DNA of 64,000 nt from Nitrospirota bacterium (GCA_029858565.1 JAOUEV010000010.1:1-64000); one strand, 5' to 3'; numbered from the stretch's first letter, positions 38,690 through 48,089 are shown. Notes: a model not told the origin generated them from the letters alone. Program-made: numbers and translations.

Positions 38690-38978
38690 CAATCGTCGCG
38701 ATCAGCGAATAGGATATGAGCTGGTCGCGGTGATGCTCGGCCTGTTCGAGCGGCTCGACCGCGCAGAGCGCCACTCCATTGTTATGGGCCTCGATCATGA
38801 TGCGCACGCACTCTTCCTCGCCGAACCGGAACACGCGCATGAGCGCCTTCACCACATGCTCCATGGAGTTCTTGTCGTCATTATGCAGCAGGACCTTATA
38901 CCGCGGGATGTGCGTTGCCTGGCGTTCGATGACCGTCGAGGTCTTGGGGGATGATGCGGCTGCCGAGGCGATAAACAT
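38679..38978 (-). CDS. clpS: ATP-dependent Clp protease adaptor ClpS
   Basis: YKVLLHNDDKNSMEHVV...IMIEAHNNG. Confidence 0.9.
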   Translation of the reverse strand: MFIASAAASSPKTSTVIERQATHIPRYKVLLHNDDKNSMEHVVKALMRVFRFGEEECVRIMIEAHNNGVALCAVEPLEQAEHHRDQLISYSLIATIEPE

Positions 38979-39138
38979 GGTAGGGGACCTTAATACAGAG
39001 ATCGGAAAAAATCAAGAAGAATAGCGCCGCTTTTGTCCTATGAACAGCGGGATCAGGGCAGAGGAACCTCGAGTTCATCCAGAGACGCTGAACTGCCGGA
39101 AAAGCCGCTCCTAGCCCGCTAATCCTTACTTGCGTTTC

Positions 39139-39543
39139 TTACTCCTCTAGCCCTTGTTCTGATTCTTTAAACCTTCCCTGCAGCTTGAACGCCGCTTCGG
39201 CCGCGCGGACCGCGATCCAGAGGATGATGACCGCGAGGACAAGGTTGGTCCCGCCTTCGGCCATGACCCCGAGGCGGTTCAGGACCGTGACGATGCAGGC
39301 AAGGAGCGACAGAACTACAAGGAGCGACGCGGCTACGCGGGATTGCCAGCGGTACAGGATGAAACCGAGAACACCGAACAGCGCGGCGTCGGTCAGCATG
39401 GCCGGGGACAGATAGAGGCCGATGCCTCCCTGCAGCAGAGCAACAATGAAAAAGGCGAGCGAGCTGTGACGGATCGTCCGAAGGGCTTCGTCGCGGCTGG
39501 TGATCCTGCGGAAAAAACCCCGCCGTGCCTGTTGGTCCGCCAT
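39139..39543 (-). CDS. Hypothetical membrane protein (about 4 TM)
   Basis: SD ggagg; hydrophobic helices. Confidence 0.7.
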   Translation of the reverse strand: MADQQARRGFFRRITSRDEALRTIRHSSLAFFIVALLQGGIGLYLSPAMLTDAALFGVLGFILYRWQSRVAASLLVVLSLLACIVTVLNRLGVMAEGGTNLVLAVIILWIAVRAAEAAFKLQGRFKESEQGLEE

Positions 39544-39582
39544 TGGTCGCCTCCTGCCGGAACCGCGTCCGCTCGTCCCGGC

Positions 39583-40374
39583 CTACCGGGCCGAGTGGCA
39601 GTTCCCGCAGATATCCATGGATGACTGCATGGGAAATCGTATCATCTGGGGGGAATCGCCGCTGTGCGGATCATGGCAGCTCGCGCAGGTGAAACGCTTG
39701 CCTTTGCGCGCCGGGTCCTTGATCTTTCTCTTCTCGCCGTGGTCCTTGCCCGCGCCCAGGGGATGGCCCTTCCCGGCCGTGCCGCTGATCAGATGCGGCT
39801 TTGACAGGATCTGTGCGTGGCAGAGACAGCAGATGCGGACCGGCTCGGCAAGCAGCAGGGAGTCAGTGCGCGACGAGTGGGGCGTGTGGCACTGGAGGCA
39901 GAGGCCGGCGGATACCGGCCCGTGCATGACCTTCCTCGTGAACATGCCGCGGTCGTGGCAGCCGAAGCACAGCTCGGGCACCGTAGTGGTGAGCAGCCGT
40001 GCGTTCTTGGAGCCGTGGGGATTATGGCAGGAGCTGCATCCCATGTCCAGGGCCGGATGCTTGAACTTGTTCGTGAACATCTTCGAATCATGACAGGAGA
40101 AGCAGAGCTCGGGCTGGTCGGCGAGCAGGCCCCGCTTTACCGAGTTCGTGATACGGTGGGGAACATCGGCAGCGTCGATCCCCACATGGCAGCTGGGACA
40201 GCCCATGGACACGGCGGTGTGGACCTGCAGGCCCTCGATCATCTCGCCGTGGCACAGGAGACAGTCGATCTCATCCTTGGCTGAGGCAGGACCGGGACCG
40301 CCTGCTGATGCCGCCGCAAGCGCAAGGAACAGCGTAATGATGCGCAACACGTTCATAACGACCCTCGTGACCAC
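39583..40374 (-). CDS. Periplasmic multihaem c-type cytochrome (9 CxxCH)
   Basis: Signal peptide; CLLCH, CPSCH, CFSCH, CSSCH, CFGCH, CLQCH, CCLCH, CASCH, CGNCH. True start may be 40356. Confidence 0.92.
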   Translation of the reverse strand: MVTRVVMNVLRIITLFLALAAASAGGPGPASAKDEIDCLLCHGEMIEGLQVHTAVSMGCPSCHVGIDAADVPHRITNSVKRGLLADQPELCFSCHDSKMFTNKFKHPALDMGCSSCHNPHGSKNARLLTTTVPELCFGCHDRGMFTRKVMHGPVSAGLCLQCHTPHSSRTDSLLLAEPVRICCLCHAQILSKPHLISGTAGKGHPLGAGKDHGEKRKIKDPARKGKRFTCASCHDPHSGDSPQMIRFPMQSSMDICGNCHSAR

Positions 40375-40443
40375 CCTGTACCGCCACTACGATCAGGAAG
40401 CAGCGACGATTCCCGGCGCCGATCGACCTGGCGGACAAAATCA

Positions 40444-40472
40444 ACTATAGGCAATTCGAGGGTGCTTGTCAA
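40444..40472 (-). promoter_or_regulatory. sigma70-type promoter of the multihaem cytochrome
   Basis: Minus strand reads TTGACA-17 nt-TATAGT. Confidence 0.65.
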
Positions 40473-40598
40473 GCAAAGGAACGAAAGCGGCGAGGTTGCA
40501 TTTAGTTGCAACTAAAGCGCGGCATTCAGCACTGGCCCATCACCGCCTGCCGGGCACGGAGGTCGTCACAATTCTTCCTGCGGCAGCAATGCCTGTCC

Positions 40599-40889
40599 TC
40601 AGCAGCATGCCGGCCCGGAATCGCCGCACCCGCAGGTCGGCTCGCCTCCGATGATCATGCTGTTGATCAAGGCGGCCGCGCATCCCACGCCGGCGTTCAC
40701 GGTGATGGCCTTGAACTCGCAGTTCAGGGCGCAGGCGCCGCACTCCATGCACTTGTCGCGGTCAGTGACCTTGGCGCGGCGGGCCTCCATTTCGAACACC
40801 CCGTGCGGGCAGACCTCCACGCACCGTCCGCAGCCTTCGCACCTGTTCTCATCATAGGCAAGCGAAACCGTATTGGCCAGATATTTCAT
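40599..40889 (-). CDS. hgcB: Mercury-methylation 2[4Fe-4S] ferredoxin HgcB
   Basis: MKYLANTVSL, CEGCGRCVEVCP, CMECGACALNC, GVGCA, C-terminal CC; overlaps the hgcA stop. Confidence 0.95.
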   Translation of the reverse strand: MKYLANTVSLAYDENRCEGCGRCVEVCPHGVFEMEARRAKVTDRDKCMECGACALNCEFKAITVNAGVGCAAALINSMIIGGEPTCGCGDSGPACC

Positions 40890-42043
40890 TGCATCCTCCA
40901 GGTCTGGAACTTGTGCGCGATCACCAGCAGGACCGACAGGCCCGATGCCGCGAAATAGGCAGGGACCGCCAGCTTCAGTTCCTTTTTCACGCCCGACATT
41001 CCGGTATAGGTTGTCGCGCCGGTGAACTGCAGCGCGAGATAGGACGTCAATGCCGGGAACAGCAAATAGGCCGCCAGGCGCATAAGACCTGCAGGGAAGA
41101 ACGAGGGAGCCGCTGCTTCAAGTGCGGCAAGTGCCGCGACGCCCATGACCAGCCCCTTGAGCGCGAATGACCGGAACGGAACAAAAGGAAGGAGCACCGG
41201 TGTCAGGAACGCTCCGGCGAACACCGCGACAAGCCCGAGCGCCAGGAACGGCAGGCCGCCGAAGAACGCGTCCCTGAACAGGATGCCGCTCGGCTGGAAT
41301 CCGAACAGCAGCAGCACGGCAAGTGCGAACCAGGGATATTTCTGCAGGGCAGGATTCAGCTCCATGGGCGTCAGGATCATCCGGTCGAGCAGGGAAAACC
41401 TGATCGTGCGCATCTCCGGCGTCTTTTTGTAGTTTCCCCGCACATAGGCCGGGATATCCCGCGCTTCGACCGGTCCGAAGGCAACGCGGAAGCCTGTCCG
41501 CTTTCTGATCTCAGCGGCATTCACTCCCACGGCGCCAAGCTGCGGAAGGATCAGTTTTCTGTGCGCCACCACCTCGGACAACCGGGCCGCGCTGATGCGG
41601 GTGGCCAGCTCTTCGGTCCCGAAGGTCCCCTTGCCTGCGGCGCACCACACGTTGATGCTCTTGGTATCGAGCGCCAGGACCCAGGCGTTCATACCGGCGA
41701 GAGATCTGCGCAGGATGTCGAAGGTCAGCTTGTAGTTGGCGGTCACGAACACGTCGGAATCCGGCGTTGGCTCGCCGACAGCATAGAGCCCCGGCTCGAC
41801 CGTGTACCGCATGCGGTAACCGCCGCTCCTGCTCCGGACCATACCCCAGGTATCCGAGGAGGTCCAGGTCGTCACGATCTTCGGCACCGGCCCTGCCGCC
41901 GTGGTCACGGAACCGATGACAAAGGACTGGACCTGAGACGTCGTCGAACAGCACGAAGCTGCAGACTCCTGGCCGCTCGTACCGCAGCATGAGCTCGAAC
42001 CGTTCGGCGTTCCTTCTGTTTTGATGAATTTTATTTCCTGCAT
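40886..42043 (-). CDS. hgcA: Mercury-methylation corrinoid protein HgcA
   Basis: Cap-helix motif NVWCAAGKGTF; VTANYKLTFD; LPQLGA; C-terminal TM domain ending FTGATTYTGMSGVKKE. Confidence 0.96.
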   Translation of the reverse strand: MQEIKFIKTEGTPNGSSSCCGTSGQESAASCCSTTSQVQSFVIGSVTTAAGPVPKIVTTWTSSDTWGMVRSRSGGYRMRYTVEPGLYAVGEPTPDSDVFVTANYKLTFDILRRSLAGMNAWVLALDTKSINVWCAAGKGTFGTEELATRISAARLSEVVAHRKLILPQLGAVGVNAAEIRKRTGFRVAFGPVEARDIPAYVRGNYKKTPEMRTIRFSLLDRMILTPMELNPALQKYPWFALAVLLLFGFQPSGILFRDAFFGGLPFLALGLVAVFAGAFLTPVLLPFVPFRSFALKGLVMGVAALAALEAAAPSFFPAGLMRLAAYLLFPALTSYLALQFTGATTYTGMSGVKKELKLAVPAYFAASGLSVLLVIAHKFQTWRMQ

Positions 42044-42072
42044 AGGATCACCTTTCCTTTCGCAACACGACC

Positions 42073-42759
42073 TCATGCCCGCGCAAGAATAACCTCGGAA
42101 GGGAACAGCATCTGTTGATGATATTCCCGCACCTCGACCGAAAAACCCTGCTGCTTCAGTTTCTCGGTCAAGCGCACGCCGCGGCATCCTCCCATGAGAC
42201 GCGGAGACAGCCGATACAGCAGTTCATAGAATCCGCCGGAGAGTGTTTCGCTTTTGGTCATATTGACCAGCGCGAGTTTCCCGCCCGGTTTCAGCACACG
42301 CTTGAACTCCCTTAGTGCACGGTCCAGGTCCTCGTCAGCGAGAAGATCGAACATATAGTTATTGATCAGGATATCGATCGTTCCCGTTCCCTGCGCAAGA
42401 TCCAGAGCCGTGCCGATGGCGAGCACATAGCTTGCCCCTGGCAATGATCGGAGACGCTGCCTTGATTGTTCCAGCATCCCCGATGAAAGATCGATGCCCA
42501 TGTTCCTGCCATCCCGGTTCCGCTGAACGATCTCCAGAAAAGCCAGCCCCGTCCCGACAGCTGCCTCGAGCACTGTCGATCCGTTCGCTATCCCGGCAAG
42601 TTCGATAGCCCGCATCCGCGCCCGGGACTCTGCCAGCCTGCCCCATATATCATAGAGCGGGGCGATCCTGTCATAGACCTTGCAGATCTCCTGCTGGGGA
42701 ACCATCGCATCCAATGTTGCGGAAGCATTTCCAGCACAGCATTGCGATAGGAGTCTCAT
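42073..42759 (-). CDS. Class I SAM-dependent methyltransferase in the hgc operon
   Basis: VLEAAVGTG, GIDLSSGML, REFKRVLKPGG; start position uncertain. Confidence 0.85.
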   Translation of the reverse strand: MRLLSQCCAGNASATLDAMVPQQEICKVYDRIAPLYDIWGRLAESRARMRAIELAGIANGSTVLEAAVGTGLAFLEIVQRNRDGRNMGIDLSSGMLEQSRQRLRSLPGASYVLAIGTALDLAQGTGTIDILINNYMFDLLADEDLDRALREFKRVLKPGGKLALVNMTKSETLSGGFYELLYRLSPRLMGGCRGVRLTEKLKQQGFSVEVREYHQQMLFPSEVILARA

Positions 42760-42799
42760 TGCATGTCATTCCTTTCAGGAACAAGGTAGTTTCCGCCGC

Positions 42800-43048
42800 T
42801 TACTTCTTGAACAGGTCCCCCATCACCGGCCCGAGCACGCCCTTCACCATCGTCTCCAGGCTCCCGGCCTTGAGCAGGGCGATGCAGCAGACCTCGCCGT
42901 CCTTTTCCCAGGTCGTGACCGCGAGCTTGTCGCCTGCCTTGATCCCGGCCTTGTCCCGCAGCTCCTTGGGCAGCACCATCTGCCCCCGCTCGTCAACGGT
43001 CACGATACCCTGGATCGCGCAGCAGCTTCCGTTCGTTTTCCTGGTCAT
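42800..43048 (-). CDS. hgcC: AbrB/MazE-fold, HgcAB-associated (HgcC-like) regulator
   Basis: CC..QGIVTVDERGQMVLPKELRDKAGIKAGDKL...VCCI, upstream of hgcA. Confidence 0.8.
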   Translation of the reverse strand: MTRKTNGSCCAIQGIVTVDERGQMVLPKELRDKAGIKAGDKLAVTTWEKDGEVCCIALLKAGSLETMVKGVLGPVMGDLFKK

Positions 43049-43063
43049 GGTCCCGCACCTCCA

Positions 43064-43107
43064 AATTCTGATTAATCTGATATATCAGAATTGGCTGATC
43101 ATGTCAA
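43064..43107 (-). promoter_or_regulatory. hgc operon promoter with overlapping inverted repeat (putative operator)
   Basis: TTGACA at 43107-43102; AATTCTGAT...ATCAGAATT and CTGATATATCAG palindromes over the -10/+1 region. Confidence 0.6.
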
Positions 43108-43210
43108 GAGGTTTCTGCCAGGACTGTTAATCCGTTGTTTTCCTGCGAGGATTCACATTTAGGAGGAAGATTGAGAGGAGAAATCCCTAAGAGGTTCCCA
43201 AGCCGACACA

Positions 43211-43618
43211 TTACTCTAGATGTGGCCAAGGATTGGCCACGCTTGAAATGAATATGTATCCATAGGAATATACCGCCATGGCAATGACAATAACAGTAGT
43301 GACAAGAAGAAAAGGTTTATGCGATTTTCCGCGAAAGTACGCTTCAGTACATATAGACTTTAACCATACTGCATATATAACAAGCATGACAAAAACAGCT
43401 GCACTTCCACCAAACAGTAAGAAGGAATCGGACTTTGATTGCCAGAACATGAAGCCACCGATTGCCGCGCCTAGCGATATGCCAGATGCAAGTGCGCCGT
43501 ATAGCCACATTATGTTAGCTGGACGCAAACCTACATACAGAAGGATCTTGGATGGTCGTTCTTTTGTTCCAGAGATTAAAACGTAGATGGCGGTAAATAG
43601 CGGTGCCCACAGACCCAA
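43211..43618 (-). CDS. Hypothetical low-GC membrane protein (5' end uncertain)
   Basis: Hydrophobic ORF in AT-rich DNA. Confidence 0.5.
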   Translation of the reverse strand: MGLWAPLFTAIYVLISGTKERPSKILLYVGLRPANIMWLYGALASGISLGAAIGGFMFWQSKSDSFLLFGGSAAVFVMLVIYAVWLKSICTEAYFRGKSHKPFLLVTTVIVIAMAVYSYGYIFISSVANPWPHLE

Positions 43619-43732
43619 TAGGTTAAAAGTCCGATAACTTACATGTTCAGTTAAGATGTGCGCTGCTCGGCCACCTCAATTTGCTGCAATCTGATCGAGT
43701 TGGTAGCTCCCCGGCAGCGTAGGAGCTACCCC

Positions 43733-44599
43733 CTACTCTTTATATATTAAACCAATCGTAACAAATATATGGTCCAATAAGAGGACCCAGGCATTATGAA
43801 GTTCAATTAGCATTGCTTGATGCCGTTCTTTCAATAAATTTGAAAGATCAACATTCAATCGGCTATACGCTTTTTCTTGAATTAACAATTGCTGCTCTAT
43901 GCCGGCATCTCCATCTGATAGCCGGGACGACATCTTTCCCCAATCCATGCTCTTTTCCTGATTATTTGCTCTGGCTTTATCAAATAGCTCACCCTTAAAT
44001 TTTAGAAGCAGATTCCTCATCTCATTTGCCGCAGATGTAATTTTCTGTGGATTATTTTTCGACTCATACACATATTGCTTTGTTTTAGTAAATAGGCCGA
44101 CGACATATTCAACATTCAACTTCTTCAACAGTGCCAACACATCTTCTTCTCGTTGGTGCGCTGTTTGAATGGCATCATATTTCTCAAGCGACTCTAACGC
44201 AGCGTCCTGTTGTCCGATCAATCCCCAATTAATGTTTTGAATAAGCTCGGAATAGACAGTTGCTGCACTCGCCGTCGAAGTATACGCCATTCGAAAAGGT
44301 AGAACCTTATATTTGGGCATCATTGGCAGTTGCTTTTGCAGTTCACGCGTGTCATACTCGATCTGCATTTTTAAATCCGGGTTGGTCCCTACGCTTGGCA
44401 CATTTTCAAGCGTTTCTAATTCCCACTCGGTAACTTCAAGATTATGTTCCACAGTTGGAACAATCTCGCCTGCACTCCTGATGTTATCCAGCCACTGCTT
44501 TAAGTAAGCCTTTTTCTCTTCCAGGTTTTTAATGTTATCATCCTTGTGTTTGACCGTGTCGATGGGGGTGGTACTATTCGATTTCTTTTTCGGCGGCAT
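43733..44599 (-). CDS. Hypothetical low-GC helical protein, possibly chimeric
   Basis: 288-aa ORF in AT-rich DNA with an SD; N-terminal 20 aa resemble a restriction-modification methyltransferase start. Confidence 0.7.
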   Translation of the reverse strand: MPPKKKSNSTTPIDTVKHKDDNIKNLEEKKAYLKQWLDNIRSAGEIVPTVEHNLEVTEWELETLENVPSVGTNPDLKMQIEYDTRELQKQLPMMPKYKVLPFRMAYTSTASAATVYSELIQNINWGLIGQQDAALESLEKYDAIQTAHQREEDVLALLKKLNVEYVVGLFTKTKQYVYESKNNPQKITSAANEMRNLLLKFKGELFDKARANNQEKSMDWGKMSSRLSDGDAGIEQQLLIQEKAYSRLNVDLSNLLKERHQAMLIELHNAWVLLLDHIFVTIGLIYKE

Positions 44600-44775
44600 T
44601 ATTTAGGAGCCTCCCTGACTGTTATTGCTTCGCTTGCTGCGATCAGCACTGACAAAGGTATATCAAAGTGATATACAGATGAAATACAGACGCACCAGAA
44701 CACTTCGAAAAATCAATTAGTTACGGTTTTTTATAAATATTTATTAGATAAATTACAAATTATCTTCAAATAAAA

Positions 44776-46440
44776 TCAAGTCAGCACCCATTTCGGTTTC
44801 TTGGCTGATCCCTTGTTTTTAATGGTTTTATCCTTCCTCGACATCTGCGCTAATAGATTGCTAATCTTGTTCTTCTTCTGCTGATCGCTCAGGGCATCGG
44901 ACAGTTTATTCAGGAGAAGACCGTCGATATCTTGCCGGCTTGCAGACGCATATTTTTTTAAATACGCGACGATCAACTTTTTATAGTGGTCATCATCGAA
45001 AGAACGATTACGGATGTATTCCGCGCGTTTTCCGGTTACATCTGCAATCGGCGCAGATACGTAGAGATTTGGAAAACGGCCTTCCGTCAACTTGGCCTTC
45101 TTTAGTTGTGATGCATCTTCCTTTGATATCGCTTCATGCTTTTGTATTCGGTCAAGCAAGATAACGGTTTTCAGGTCAAGATCTGTCTTGTTGATAAGGA
45201 GTCGGGTATATTTTTCGTCGATGACTTTTCCCGTAATCCGGACCTTCACTTTTTGCAAATCGGAGAGGTCGTAATCAGGCAGCGGGAAATAACGGTTCAT
45301 CTGAAGAGAAAACATCTTCTTGATACCGCCGCCCTGCGTATCGATAAGATTAAGGTTCACCATGGCCTGGGCAAGGAAGGCATTGCGGTAATATTCCTGC
45401 GGGGAGTCCTGCTCAATGACCTTCTCAACTGATTCCGGCAAGAAGCTGCCGAGATTGGCAAAGAGAATATCATCAGGATTTTCCACTACTGTGATTCGTC
45501 CACGAAGCTCATAATCCTGATGAGCAATGCAGTTGTTCAGCGCTTCCCGGATCACGTAGGGTTCATACTTCGTTACCTCCGTGGGAAAGAGCGTGTTGTC
45601 GAGAAGGTAGCGATACTTCAGATTGCGGATCTTTGCGTACACTGCGTCGATGTTCAGCAGGAATGGCGGGCCGAAGTGTTCATAGTCTTTTTCAATATTA
45701 TGGTCGTCTTTCAACACCCACGATATGCGGGCGATCGCAGAGCTGAGGAAATGCTCTGATTCGTCTTTCCCAAGAAGAATTATCGCGGCTCGGGTGATGC
45801 CCCCCTGAATCGTCAGCTTGGCCTTGTTTAAGAACGTGGCGTCATCCCAGGTATCGACTTCCGCGGCCTTACCCGCAAATTTCCCCTTATAATTCTCGCG
45901 CGCTCTGGCGATAGCCGCCGGGTCGAGGTCGTTGAGCGTTGCACCTTCGCAAATGCTGGCTGACCAATCTTCCTTTTCTTTTCTCAACCAAATCTTCCGC
46001 TCCTTCTCCGGATGGTCCTTCAGCTTCTTCTTGTACGTGCCGACTCGTATAAAACCTTCACCTTTGAATTTTACGGGGATATGATGCGCAGGATCGACTT
46101 TGAAAACAACGATCTTTGAACCATTGTAGTCGCACTCATGTATCGCGAAGTCATTACGAGGTTCCAGGAGCCTCGCGAGCCAGTTTTCGATCTCTTCATT
46201 GCCAACCTTTGCATCCCGAGGCCGAAACGAAGTGCCCGTGACCGCGTGGGTCCGGTCCTCAATTCCGAAAACAAGATATCCAGCTGGTTGTTCATGCAGA
46301 CCCGCGGAATTCGCCAGCGCGGAGATATACTCGCCGATGTCATCGGGAGTGTCGTTGTTAAACTTAAACTCGACCCACTCGGTCTCTTTCGGCAAGCTCC
46401 GCAAATCGTCAATAAGCGTTATGAGGTCATCATTGGTCAT
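44776..46440 (-). CDS. AlbA_2 (Schlafen-like) / HATPase-like / wHTH protein
   Basis: ETEWVEFK, YISALANS, GYLVFGIED, IREALNNCIAHQDY, YRNAFLA, GGGIKK. Confidence 0.85.
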   Translation of the reverse strand: MTNDDLITLIDDLRSLPKETEWVEFKFNNDTPDDIGEYISALANSAGLHEQPAGYLVFGIEDRTHAVTGTSFRPRDAKVGNEEIENWLARLLEPRNDFAIHECDYNGSKIVVFKVDPAHHIPVKFKGEGFIRVGTYKKKLKDHPEKERKIWLRKEKEDWSASICEGATLNDLDPAAIARARENYKGKFAGKAAEVDTWDDATFLNKAKLTIQGGITRAAIILLGKDESEHFLSSAIARISWVLKDDHNIEKDYEHFGPPFLLNIDAVYAKIRNLKYRYLLDNTLFPTEVTKYEPYVIREALNNCIAHQDYELRGRITVVENPDDILFANLGSFLPESVEKVIEQDSPQEYYRNAFLAQAMVNLNLIDTQGGGIKKMFSLQMNRYFPLPDYDLSDLQKVKVRITGKVIDEKYTRLLINKTDLDLKTVILLDRIQKHEAISKEDASQLKKAKLTEGRFPNLYVSAPIADVTGKRAEYIRNRSFDDDHYKKLIVAYLKKYASASRQDIDGLLLNKLSDALSDQQKKNKISNLLAQMSRKDKTIKNKGSAKKPKWVLT

Positions 46441-46747
46441 GTTCTTCCCATTTCACTCGCACCAGGTTCCATCGGCATACTGATTATTACTATTGCGCAG
46501 GCAATCCTGATCCGCTATAATCAGATCAACTCATACGCCAAGCGCGTAAGGAGTTGGGACATCGCTCCGCATTGTCCTATTACATCTTTCTATTAAAGGT
46601 CCCGTCCCGATGACAAGGGCCCATGGGGCTCTCTCGCAATAGTAGTCAGGGCGGTCGCATTCATCTGCTCCCCGTTCGATCAGCCGGAAGGCCTCGGACG
46701 GGGTTATTTTTTTCGAAGCTGCTATCTAACCGTTGTATTTCCGTCTA

Positions 46748-48089
46748 CTATTCAGCCTTCAGTAAGAACTCTCGTATCTCATTCTTCGCATTCCACGGGT
46801 CCGTGATCTCGATGAACGCCCACCTGCCGAAGCCACCGTGGTTGTTGATCGCGGGAATCCAGAGGGTTCTCGCCGTTGAGACTTTTGTAGCTTTGTCTTT
46901 CTTCTGCTCGCCGGTGACTTCAATGATCAGATTCAGGTTGCCGCTCCCCTCACCCCCGCCCTCTCCCGCAAGGGGCGAGGGAGTCTTTACCTGGACAATG
47001 AAGTCGGGATAGTAATTCTTTTCTTCGCCGTTCAGGAGATAAGGGATCGTAAAGCCGAGGTTCGTGTTTTTGACATAGCTCTTCACCTCATCCATCTCTT
47101 CGAGAGCGCTTGCCATTTTCTGTTCCCATGATGCCGTATCAGCGACAACGTGCGAAATATGGCACTTATCAGATCGGGTGGCATAAACCGGTCTCGTCGT
47201 TGATGATGACGATGTTCTTCTTGTTTCCCAGCTCCCGGCAGACGCGCCTCACCATCTGATCGGGCGTTTCGATGAACGGGCTTTCGCCGCCCTGGGTCAG
47301 GATGCTCTTGGTGAGCTTTCCTGCTCCGCTCTTCTCTCGCTGTTTGAAAGCATGGAAATCGGTGATCAGGATCTTGGCCTTGTTCAGTTCCGCCATGAGT
47401 TCAGACGGCAAAATATCCCGCTGGCGGTAATAGTTCTGCGGATCGCTTGGAAGGAGCACGCGCAGACGATCGCGGATGGTGATGCCCGGCGCAACGAGCA
47501 GGAAGGTGTCGGAAAATTTGGAGTTCTGCGTGTCCGCAAGCTTGTTCAGCGCTTGCCAGGCAATGAGCATTGCCATGACCACGGTCTTTCCGCTGCCGGT
47601 CGCCATCTTAAAAGCGATCCGATAGAGAAGCGGATTCGCCGCCTCATTCTTTTCGCGGAGATAGTTTTCGATCCAGGCGTCGCCGTACTTGCCGGCGATC
47701 TCAGCAATGTAGATGGCTGTTTCCAGCGCTTCCCGCTGGCAGAAAAAGAGTATCTTCTCGCGGGCAGGATTGTTCCAGTATTCGAGGAGACGGGCCGTGG
47801 TTTTCGTAACCCCGACATAACCGCCCTTGCGCCACGCGTCCACGCGGCCGCGAATACGGTTGATCTCGTCGTTTTCCTTGAGCCGGTCTTCGGTCCATTC
47901 CGTGTCCAGGCTGAGCTGCGACTGCTTCCCCCGGCTGCGAGGACGGGCAATGGGAATGAAGTATGCGCTCGGCCTGCGGATTCCTTCGATGATCTCGTTG
48001 GCAATGCCTTCTTCAGTGAATTTGAAATGGCGGGTGGGAGCGTCAAATGGAGAGTTAATGATCGGATTTTCAATGACGACCTGTTTCAC
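46748..48089 (-). pseudogene. Type III restriction-like DEAD/DEAH helicase-endonuclease with a large internal deletion and frameshift
   Basis: N-part IENPIINSPF...FCQREA...KMATGSGKT...INDE is joined out of frame to C-part TRPVY...CHISHVVADT..WEQKMA...YYPDF...IEVTG...GRWAFIE. Confidence 0.88.
46945..46983. repeat. REP-like CCCTCACCCC..CCCTCTCCC..GAGGG element within coding sequence
   Basis: tcccctcacccccgccctctcccgcaaggggcgagggag, translated as TPSPLAGEGGGEG. Confidence 0.7.

Noticed and set aside
39583-40374. Nine-haem cytochrome as part of the hgc operon
   Set aside because: It is about 225 bp from hgcB and has its own TTGACA-17-TATAGT promoter, so adjacency alone is not evidence.
40886-42043. 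Selenocysteine-containing HgcA
   Set aside because: The cap-helix residue is an ordinary Cys and the frame has no internal TGA.
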